64,000 nt of DNA. It comes from Perna viridis (taxonomy: Eukaryota). Within the stretch, counting starts at the first letter, position 1, and every line of letters begins with the position of its first letter. The notes under the pieces were generated by a model. It was given only the letters and a program-made list of their open reading frames with translations, was not told the DNA's origin and searched no databases. The translations under genes and the position numbers were made by a program. This document shows positions 13,601-23,236 of this stretch, in pieces. The DNA is taken from contig CM074519.1 in assembly GCA_037379345.1 (NCBI GenBank), positions 16,470,742 through 16,534,741 of the forward strand, in the 5' to 3' direction.

Positions 13601-16600
13601 AGTCACTGCCGAAACTGTATGTCAGGTACTTTGTGTCTTGGATAGGCAAGGTGTTGCGCAGAGAAGTCGTCGTTCAATTCGACGTCGTATTTATAGTAAT
13701 CCAGGTCCGAATTTCGCAATTCACATGGATTGCTGGGACAAGTTGAAACCGTACGGTGTGTCAATACATGCCGCTATAGATGGATTTTCTAGAAGAATTA
13801 TTTGGCTTAGAGCTTGTGATTCGAACAAAAACCCTCATTACGTCGCATTCTTTTATTTAAACTACATCAGAGAAATAAATGGGGTACCAGTTTTGGTATA
13901 TAGCGACAGAGGAACAGAAAACTCAATTACTAGGGATCTACAATACACTCTTAGATGGAACCATAATGACCAGTATCAGGGTTTGTCAAGTTGTAGATAT
14001 GGCTCTTCAACAAGAAATACCAGGATCGAGCGGTTTTGGAGAGATCTTAGAAGGATGTGTAGTGATACATGGATGGATTTTTTTAAACTGATGACAGATG
14101 ATGGTTCTTTAGACACATCAGATAATTTGCACCTGGAGTGCATCCGGTATTGTTTCTTGCATTTAATAAATCTAGATTTAGTGTCTGTTGTGCGTCAGTG
14201 GAATGAGCATCCTATTAGATACAACCCTAGAAGCAACGGCCCCTTTGGAAAACCTGATGTTCTATATTTTCAACCTGAAACTTTTGGAACCGTGGATCAG
14301 AAGATGATGCTTCAAGGAAACGTTGACATACTTCAGAATGAATATTGCCAACGACCCACAGAGCACGGGGTGTGTCAAGAATTTGAGTGGTTAGCAAATT
14401 ATATCATTCTTCAACGAGGACTGTCATACCTGCCGAATTCCATTGATGAAACGGCTCTACTTTATTATGAAATAATCAGTTACGTAAGGGATAACATTCA
14501 GTAAAACGTATTTTCAAAGAACTGTTATTTTACTTGTATCCGCAAAATGATATTCATTAAAAGAATTTATCAATGGCATCGCTGCTTGATTTTAGATGAT
14601 GTCGTTGTCAGAGTTATTATATAAGCGTTTACAAATGCATATTGTTTTGTCATGTCCGATAATTCTTTGTTTTCAGAAAAAAACGTGATTGGTTGATTAG
14701 TTTATTCTAATAAATATTCTTAAAGTATTTAACTATTAGTGTTAAATTTACGACATTTTAAAAAATAATAATTAGGAATTCAAAGCTTAGTTATTGCTTT
14801 ACTCCCAAACAGTGCATTTCGGCTACATCTTGTAGATTAACATGAAAGGGGTGATTAATATCAATGCATGAAAAATGATGATATAAGGTAGGATGGTAAA
14901 CCTGTTTCTAAGGGGCCGACTATGTGACTTGAAAAGTGGGGTTGTTTTTTGGTCTGGATAGAATTATTTTCGCGCAGAGCGCGAAAAAAAATTATTTACT
15001 TTTAACATTATGAGTTATGACCCCTTAAACGTCGAAAATAGTTATTTGCCATATAGATTTTAAACCATAGGAGAAGGTTAAAAGCTTTTGCTTGCTTAAA
15101 TGTTCAGCTATTTGAGTAATACAAAATTGTTAATTGAATCGAATTTTTCAGATGACACCCTTATAGAGATTTAGCCTCTTAAACGTAAAAAATAGTGGTT
15201 TTTGCCTTATAGATAAAGAACCACAGAAGATAGAGAAAGATTTTGCTTGCTTAAATGTTCAGCTAATTGAGCTCTACAAATTTGTCCTTGGTTCAAAATT
15301 GTTAGATGACTCCTTATAGGAGTTATGGCCCCCTAAAGTCAAAAATAGTCATTTTGCTCTGTACATTGTGAACCATAGAAGATAGGGAATAACTTTTGCT
15401 TGCTGAAATATGCAGCTAATTGAACTCTACAAAATTATCAATCTAATTAAAATTAGATCTCTCACTCCGCTCCCCCTTTTTTCTATGTCGGTGCCTGGGA
15501 GATCTAACAACATCCTATTAGGGGTTATGTCTAAGGTCAAATTCGGAACACTTCTAATACATCCATACCGCCAGTGCAATCATGTACGCTCTTTTTTATT
15601 GGCCAAAAGTAATAGAACATGACCCCTAATGAGATGTCGTTAGATGACCCACGTAGTGACAGAGAAAAAGTGGGAGCTGAGTGTGGAATCTAATTTTAAT
15701 TAGATTGCAGAATTGTCTATTGTTCGGCTTTGTCAGATCACTTCTTATTGGTGTTATGGCCCCTTAAACATATAAAAATAACTCTTTTTACCATTTATTC
15801 GAAATTGTCAGATGACCGCTAACACGAGTTATGGCTCGTTAACCATAAAAAATCAGCCATTTTATGGTAGATTGTGAAGCATAAAAGGTAGGTAAAGCTT
15901 TAGTTTGCTTAATGCACAGCTGTGTGAGCTCTACAACAACTCTAAAGGTGGGAAATGACCATTATCATTTACATATTATATATAGCTATTAAAGTCAGGT
16001 GAGCGATTCAGACTCCTGGGAGTCTCTTGTATCATAACTAATCACTTATGACGAATCTCAATCATATTTTTTTTCTCAAAAACATTCAACATAAAGTGAT
16101 TATCCCATATATATACTATGGCACGCCGTTTCAGTCAAACGTATGACAACAATCTAATTACACACTCAAAATTTGAAATTGCACACTCAAAGTTAAAATG
16201 TACACTTAAAATGTAAACATGTCTTGATAATAAATAATTGAGCTGGTCGACTTGTCGAGATAGCTATGAAGACATGTTGTGAAAATAGAGATTGAAATCG
16301 ACTTTTTCAGATCATTATCTCGACAATCCGACTTCTTAATCCCGAAAAGTTAACATGATTATCTGGACAACGCAACTTCACGGTGGCAGCTACGAGCAAC
16401 ATCTCGACCTCAGGATGAGAATTTGAGATATTTGATGTCGACTTGTCGAGAAAAATATGTCGACTTGTTTAGATATTTTTCGTGACAAATCGACATAAAA
16501 ATGGCGTTAAGTCGACTTTCCAAGAAAATTAAGTCGACTTGTCGAAATAACTATGTCGACATGTTTCGATAATTATCTCGACAGCTCAACATCTTGATGG

Positions 16601-19600
16601 CGGAAATAAGCCTCCATAGACACTACTTGGTATTTTCATAACTTTAAATTCTCAGATTGCGATAGTTTATGTCGACAAATATCTTAGACATCATAACTTT
16701 TATGACCAGTTGAGATAATAAATTATTTGTCATGATAATTAGCACATAAAGTCGTTGTATTAGTATAAAGTTATCACATCTTATCATTGAAATATTTTAT
16801 ATGAACGGCACAAGTTGTCGTCGGATCCCTTAAAGTCGCGATAATTCATGTTATTATATCGAACGGTCGACATAATTATCTTAACTATTGCAAAAAATTA
16901 TCGTGACTTTTTGAGATAAAATTGTCATTTATGTCGACAAAATACCCAAATTATCACGACTTTTCGAGATAATTTTTCGCGACATTTACTTATCACAATG
17001 ACAGAAATAGACTTCCATAAACTTAAGATTAAAAACATTCATTGGCAAAACTATTTCAGCATAACTTTCACTTGAATCTTACGTGATTTTGACATCATTC
17101 CTGAATTGAGAAAAGACAGTTTGTGACAGATTTCATGTCAAATTCACGTGAATTGATCTTCTATATGAAATTCGTGTGACCGTTTCACAAGACGTTCATG
17201 TAAAGCGAATTTCACGTGTTCCTAGACTCACGTGAATTTCACATTATTTGAATTTCACATGAAACTCGATTCGCATGAATTACACGTGAAATTGAATTCT
17301 CATAAATTTCACTTGAACAATATTTGTGCTTGTGTAGATCATATCAGTTCTTGTGACAAAATACTGAATAGATTATATTTAAGAAATTTCCCTTACTTTG
17401 TTATATTAATTAAAATCTTTAATTTATAGAATTTCGTAAACTTTGTAAGAAGGATTGTAATCTGACTGTTTTGCATTAAAAAAACAAAATGAACGGTCAC
17501 CGTACCCCTTTTCTTTATATATTTAAGGCAGAAAATTTAAAGTGTGCCTTACATATCAGTGTGCTTTACTTAATTAGTATACCATCAGTCTACGAGGGTT
17601 GGTATATTGGAATCGACTTGTCTGTCAGCCATCCATCCGTCTGAATTTCGTCACAACAATCTTGACTCTCAAATAATGGATTGAATTCAAATTTGGTACG
17701 TTGCATTAAAACGATCGGACATGTGAGGTAAGTGATTTTGGGTTGCTGTCCGATATCAACATCATGTTTTGTTGGACTTTCAATTTTTCACTACACACAT
17801 GAAAGCCAGTGACAATTTTTTTCGTCAAAAAAGTATTGACTCCCAATGAATAGGTTTATTTTAGCTTTGGTGTGCGGCTTTATATACACTATTCATTCGT
17901 TGTAAGCGATTTTGGGTGTGTCGATATCAATTTCCAGAACCAATGAGTGTATACTATCTAAGCACAACAAAGCGGGAAACTTCGTGTTCTTCTTCTTTTT
18001 TTTTAATATTATTATTATTATTTTTTTATTTTTTTTTTTTTTTTTTGGTAGAATCAAACATATGGTTAGGAGGTAAAGACTCTGCAGCTGAAGGAGAGTT
18101 TGCTTGGGATTCTGTGAACAAGAATATAGCACTATTTGATTTTGAAGATGGTGAACCTAACGGTAAAACAGAAGATGAAGATTGTATTGAAATGTGTCAT
18201 ATCTTTAGTATGAAATGGAATGACAGATTATGTAAAAGGAAAAATAATTTCATTTGTGAAACACGATCAAGTAAGTGAAATAATGGTCTTCTTTAATCTA
18301 TTACAACAGTAAAACCTTTCCAATAGTGAATCCTCTTTGGACCTATGGATATAGCCAGGTACATGTAACGCATGTGTTTTGTTTACATATGTTCAAAATG
18401 CATCGAAACTTAAGTAGTACTCCACATAAGAATCATGCAAAATGTGATTCATGGTTGGAAAGCCTACATATTTTTATTTTTACTATTTTGTTTGAAATGT
18501 TATAGTAAACAGAAAGTTACATGTGGCTTTTCATACAACCCTGTTCTTAGAAAATAAAACTTATATAGAATATACTGTAGAATTCGAACATAAGGGAGAT
18601 AACTCTGTAAATACATGTAACACTTAAATACAATAGAATCTACTGGATATTCCATGAGGATTATCTCCTAAGAACAGACAGATTGAATTGAATAATTATA
18701 CATTTTATCATATAGAACTAAATTACAAAAAAAACAATAACAAAAATAAAACTATGTAGCATTTTTAGGTGTATCACATTTAACAGCATATTTGCATGAT
18801 TCTTACAAAGACTGCTTCTTGAATGAATGAACTTAAGAAGTTGTTTGGATTACACAGGTTTCTGGTTTGTCAAGGGTTCGGCTAAAACAGGTTCCCTGTA
18901 TCTTCAGCTTGTTTGCTTCATGTAGAATGGAAAAGCAGTAAAAAAGCAAAACATTTAATGGTAAATGTATACATTTTAGACTATATTTTACCCATTCCAG
19001 TTATTATTACTCAAAACCATTTTGCAACCAGAAGAAAGAGTAATCAAGGGAACCAAGGTTATAGCAGTAATCAAAAGAATGCAATCCAGGGACAAAGACA
19101 AAGAAAAATCTTAATATTAACTTCAAAAATTGTTTATCACAGAACTTACCGCAACAAAAGACGTAACGGTTACCATTGGAGAAAGCATTTCACTCCCGTG
19201 TCCAGTAAATGAACCACTTCCTGTAGACGTTACAAATGTTCTTTGGAAGAAACAAAAACCTGCCGGCGGTGAGGAAAAACTTCCATCAGCCTATGTAAGT
19301 GGGGGCACCATAACTAATCCAAGTCTGAAGATTGAGGTTGCCCAGCATGATGACATGGGAATATACGAATGCTATTCTCTGGCTGTCACCGGTCCCCGAA
19401 TTTATGTTTTTGATTTAACGGTAGTTGAAGGTAAGTGCGCGAAACATACGACAATATACATATTAGTCTTTAATATACCTTAAGTCATGACACGTCAACA
19501 CTGATCTTATTACTGTCAACAAACTTATTTTCGCGAGCGATTTCTTATTATAGAAAGGTCTGAAAAATTCCCAACGATGTTAGAACTGCCAAATTTGCGA

Positions 19601-22600
19601 CAGTTTTAACATCGTTGGGAATTTTTCAGACCTTCCTATACGTTTACATATCTTCCCTGTATCAATTTGATCCGATGGAGCGCTACACTGCTCTATCGGA
19701 TCATTTTGCTACAAGGCAGATATGTAAACGTATATATATATATGAACTTAATAAGATATTTTTGGAGGTATACGGGGTAGCAGAGAATTTTGTGTTATTT
19801 AACAATGTTTCTTTTACTAGTTTTATTTTATTTATATATGTATTTGTATTATATCGCTCATTTAAATGTTAATTTCAAATAAATGTTATTGGAACATAGA
19901 TACATATGTATGAACATTTTTTAAAACTATATATACAGATGAAATCAGATCTAACCTCTCACAAAACTGTCCTAGAACTGTCAGAAGAACTGTACAGTTC
20001 TGAGACTGATTTGGAACAATGCAATGACAGTTCTAGAGTCAGCTCTTCAGAAAGCTTTAGTAGAGCTGTCTCTATTAGTTGAACTTTTTTCGTAGAGCTC
20101 AATTGATGATTTTAATTCTGAAGTGAAATCAGACCATGAAGGTGTCAGTGGGTATTTACATCAGCCATGCTAAATGTTGTAAAAACAAACTTTTGTCATT
20201 CTTAGTAATATAGTTCAAAAGAGTAGTAAAACAGTTCTGAAAGAGCTGGCTCTAGTAGTAAAACAGATCTCGTAGAGCCAGTTTTTCTTATAGTTCTCGT
20301 AGAGTTGGCTCTAGAAGAACTGCACTCTACTACAGTTGCAGAATGGTTACAATATAATTACATTGAATATTTATTATTAATGGTTGTAACAATTCAGTCT
20401 TTTTTTTTTATTTGATCGCGATGAATACGGCGACATCAAGAACAATTTCATACATTTATTTGACTCCGAGTGATTGCATCGATCAGTTGTCTGCACGACA
20501 CTCATCTGAATAATAATAATAATAAAAGGAATACAGATTTCGTCCGAAAAATATTTAACTCGCGATGAATACGGCGACATCAAGAACAATTTCATACATT
20601 TATTTGACTCCGAGTGATTGCATCGATCAGTTGTCTGCACGACACTCATCTGAATAATAATAATAATAAAAGAAATACAGATTTCGTCCGAAAAATATTT
20701 AACGTTTCCTAACCAACAATGTTTCAATCCAATTCATTTTAGCATGATCATTCAAATTTAATCTGTTTGTATGTTATACTTACTCAATCAAACGTTAAAT
20801 TCTAGTTCATGATTTCATGATGACGACCATAAAAATTCTGTAGTGATGACTTCAATCTTGTAGAAACATAACCCTGTTCCTGAAGCCTAATTATAAGAAG
20901 TCTAAGGCGATACAAAACGTCAGCGTAGATACGACAAGCTCTGCCATAATGTATGAGTTGTGATATGAAAACTCCCATCGCAGGTGCTGAAGGGATGTTG
21001 CCACAGATGAAAGGAAAGTTGACAATGAAAAGTCATCAAGTTTGTAGTAAAGTTTGGTCAATAGTTTTCCTTTACAATCGATCTTTAAATGTAGGTCAAG
21101 ATATGAGGCTGACTTCACGGTGTCTGTAGTATCCTTTATCTCAAGTTCTTTGGGGTAGATGCGATGGTTCAAATCCCGAAACTAGGATTGTTCAACTATA
21201 TTACGTAATCTATATAGCGGAAACTGAGACTAAAAGAATCTAGGCAAACGATGTTCTTTCTTCTGGATCAGATTACCTATAAAGTTAGCCTCATAAGAGT
21301 GAAGGAAGTAGAAGAGCAACATTTGTTTCAATTGGAATGCCGACCGTTTGTTGAAAAACGCGTCGACAACAAAACAAAAATTCCAGCATTTTGAAAACAC
21401 CTTCTGCATATTTGGAAGATCATTTGGAATTATGTTTCACAAAGTATGAGGCCTCTCTACCAAGTCTTGTATATTTATATCTAAATGTACAGCTCATGTG
21501 TGGAATAAACTTCCCACATAAACCATATACCATCCCCATTCCCCATTGTTCCCATCCCAATTTCCCATTCAAAATCCCCCATTGCTCATAGAAAAATCAC
21601 CATCCTTCCCCCCCTACGATATAATTCACATTGCAAATTTTTTTTATCAGATATTTAAATTATCAAATTAAAATTTATACTTTTAAATTCGTCAACTTTT
21701 TAGCTGTTATTAGTATTAGAATTTTACACATTTTTTCATGTCAATAAATATTTAAGACTTATATCCCTATCCTCCCCATTCAAAATCCCCATCCCTCTTA
21801 TACCATAGATTGGGCAGCTTTCCCCATACAAGTACTGTACCATCTTTTTTTAGAAACAAAGATGTTTAATGTTTTTGAGTCGGGACATCTACTTTTTATT
21901 CCAATATTTTTTTTTCTGTTTTTAAACAACTTAAGAGTAATCGCACGAACACATAGAAACAAAATAGGTCAAAATACATTCATTTATAACTTTTGATCCA
22001 TTTCTCAGGTTTTCGCAGGAAAGTTAAGTGCATACGCACTTTACAATGCAACTATAACTCTTTTCTGATAAATACATTTTTTTGTTGTTGAGCATTTTAC
22101 TGGTAATTTTACAGTTTTACATATTCAATCAAGAAAAACTGGTTATTTACAGTTTTTAAGACTTATTTTTGCTTTTTATGTCAAACATACTCTAACAAAC
22201 TGATACATGTACAAAAATTACTTTTTATCCCAATATTTAAAGCTTTGAAACATTTTTTTGAGTTATCACACTAGCAAAAGTAATAAAAGAGGTTCAAATG
22301 CATGCAAATTATAGCGTTTCGTCTAGTTTTGAATTGTTGAAGAAAATGTTTTATCAAAGTTTCAAAGTTTCACAAGAAACGCTTTTTTTTCTTTGGGGAT
22401 TTCATATTTTTAAAATAAATTATAGGCCAATTTTACATTTTTGATTTTTTTCGGTGTTCTTTCAGACACTGCAAATGTACACAAATGTTTATGTGTGTAT
22501 AAATTCTTGAGTAGAAATAGTTAGAATTATTGGTTAATTAAAAATCTTTGCAATCCAAATTGATGAGGTGTACGATCGTTTGTCCCACAATATCACTACG

Positions 22601-23236
22601 TGTGTAAATTTTAAACAAATGTTGTTATCAATTGGGAAGGTTCCGACAAAATCGGCATTTTTTTAATATAATTTATTTAATAAATTGGTGAATTTGTGTA
22701 TAGATTTGCGAGAACTGCATCAAAGAGAAAGATCTGGATCTTCTGACAGTTCTAGCAGAACTGGCTTTCGAGAACAGAATTAAATCCGATTCTGCTAGAA
22801 CTGTCAGAAGAGCTGGCTATAGAAATGTACTATGACTTTTAGAACTGTCTTAGAGTCGGGTCTTCTGACAGTTTGACAGGCTAGAACTGATCTAATCTGT
22901 TGTCCTAAATATTTAATGTTTATTTTAGATGAAACTGTGTGTCCTTGCACATGTGAATATGAAGAAAATGTGTTTTCACAATCACCATCAAATCTGTCTC
23001 GAGAAGCCTTAATCCTGAAGCTAAAACCAGAAATTATCAAGCTACAGAATGAGTTAAGAGTTAATAAAACAAGTCTTTCGTCTAAAAGAAGGAAGCAGAC
23101 ATCGGCTGCAGACGGCAGAAAATCAACACAGGCCATAGGATGGATCGGGGCTGGCTTCATCATTCTTGTTGTGTCTCTTGTTATATTAATTGATATCGTT
23201 AATTTACTACAATTCACCAATATCATCCATATTTAA
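4628..23236 (+). CDS. Type I membrane protein: signal peptide, C-type lectin domain, Ig domain, CxCxC/coiled-coil stalk, TM (6 exons, 354 aa)
   Basis: Exons 4628-4688, 6055-6149, 9145-9238, 18052-18270, 19143-19430, 22929-23236; all GT-AG, intron phases 1,0,1,1,1; sum 1065 nt = 354 aa + TAA. Confidence 0.88.
5597..5990 (+). mobile_element. TTAA-flanked non-autonomous DNA transposon (Kolobok/piggyBac-like MITE), copy 1
   Basis: TTAA|GTAGC...GCTAC|TTAA; homologous to 18414-18818 and 43284-43579. Confidence 0.75.
6055..6149 (+). CDS. Lectin-Ig gene exon 2 (CTLD N-terminus CEEGWELFVGSCYKLFDDKLNWTDAK)
   Basis: Long-form CTLD C-x-x-G-W...C-Y...W-x-x-A motif; tttcacag acceptor, gt donor. Confidence 0.9.
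9145..9238 (+). CDS. Lectin-Ig gene exon 3 (EFCTNHGAKLAEPNTRRIIEYL...)
   Basis: CTLD C...GAxLA motif; ttgtag acceptor, gtaaga donor; phases 0/1. Confidence 0.88.
12178..12560 (-). mobile_element. 5'-truncated LINE 3' fragment inside IS3EU
   Basis: CNTVEDKYQFLLLCKCNSTIR resembles the LINE ORF2 C-terminal CCHC region; AATAAAGTTTTGATTGGTT tail. Confidence 0.5.
13464..14504 (+). CDS. IS3-like (integrase core, rve-type) DDE transposase of the IS3EU element; N-terminus interrupted by a TAA at 13455
   Basis: HMDCWDKLKPYG..IH.AIDGFSR.I.WL, SDRGTEN, NTRIERFWR, WN.HPIR motifs; upstream in-frame HTH-like EIIGFMTLRHDSPISERQVHRI*RG. Confidence 0.88.
   Translation: MNLLRRGNESPLADIILAVSHELARQDQHIGYRLMRRRLQSTHHLTVTAETVCQVLCVLDRQGVAQRSRRSIRRRIYSNPGPNFAIHMDCWDKLKPYGVSIHAAIDGFSRRIIWLRACDSNKNPHYVAFFYLNYIREINGVPVLVYSDRGTENSITRDLQYTLRWNHNDQYQGLSSCRYGSSTRNTRIERFWRDLRRMCSDTWMDFFKLMTDDGSLDTSDNLHLECIRYCFLHLINLDLVSVVRQWNEHPIRYNPRSNGPFGKPDVLYFQPETFGTVDQKMMLQGNVDILQNEYCQRPTEHGVCQEFEWLANYIILQRGLSYLPNSIDETALLYYEIISYVRDNIQ
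15010..16030. mobile_element. Helentron/HINE-type non-autonomous element with about 154-bp internal tandem repeats
   Basis: Repeat units at about 15012, 15166, 15320, 15751; terminus CAGGTGAGCGATTCAGACTCCTGGGAGTCTCTTGT; related to 39870-40405 and 63170-63853. Confidence 0.65.
15439..15707. mobile_element. MITE with long TIRs and a degenerate 9-bp TSD (MULE-like)
   Basis: CAATCTAATTAAAATTAGAT...ATCTAATTTTAATTAGATTG; flanks CAAAATTAT / CAGAATTGT. Confidence 0.7.
17134..17335. repeat. TTCACGTGAA-type short-repeat array (probable MITE interior)
   Basis: Many TTCAC(G/A)TGAA variants in both orientations. Confidence 0.5.
18052..18270 (+). CDS. Lectin-Ig gene exon 4 (CTLD C-terminal half with WLGG, EPN, WND, FICE)
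   Basis: Canonical CTLD Ca2+ site-2 motifs EPN and WND; poly-T acceptor, gtaagt donor. Confidence 0.93.
18414..18818 (+). mobile_element. TTAA-flanked MITE, copy 2
   Basis: Aligns end to end with 5597-5990. Confidence 0.75.
19143..19430 (+). CDS. Lectin-Ig gene exon 5 (immunoglobulin domain)
   Basis: GESISLPC...VLWKK...SLKI...DMGIYEC Ig signature; symmetric phase 1-1 exon. Confidence 0.9.
20416..20703. repeat. Tandem duplication, 2 x 144 bp
   Basis: Units start at 20416 and 20560, nearly identical. Confidence 0.92.
20850..21480 (-). mobile_element. Penelope-like element RT fragment (pseudogenised)
   Basis: FQQTVGIP, FRYID, IYPKELEIKDTTDTVKSASYLDLHL motifs. Confidence 0.75.
22929..23236 (+). 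CDS. Lectin-Ig gene exon 6 (CPCTC, helical stalk, TM helix, stop)
   Basis: ttttag acceptor in phase 1; hydrophobic IGWIGAGFIILVVSLVILI; TAA at 23234-23236. Confidence 0.82.

Larger units (their letters stand above)
10672..16618 (+). mobile_element. IS3EU-type DNA transposon (autonomous-type) nested in the MITE
   Basis: Termini TATGGAGGC...GCCTCCATA, TIRs of roughly 250-300 bp rich in GTCGAC subrepeats, TSD GACACA/GACACT, internal DDE ORF. Confidence 0.85.
10068..17019. mobile_element. IS3EU-type foldback MITE (about 1 kb when the nested insert is removed)
   Basis: Termini (C)ATGGAAG...CTTCCATA, perfect 6-bp TSD AACTTA (10062-10067, 17020-17025); arms 10068-10453 and 16619-17019 are inverted copies. 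Confidence 0.85.
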
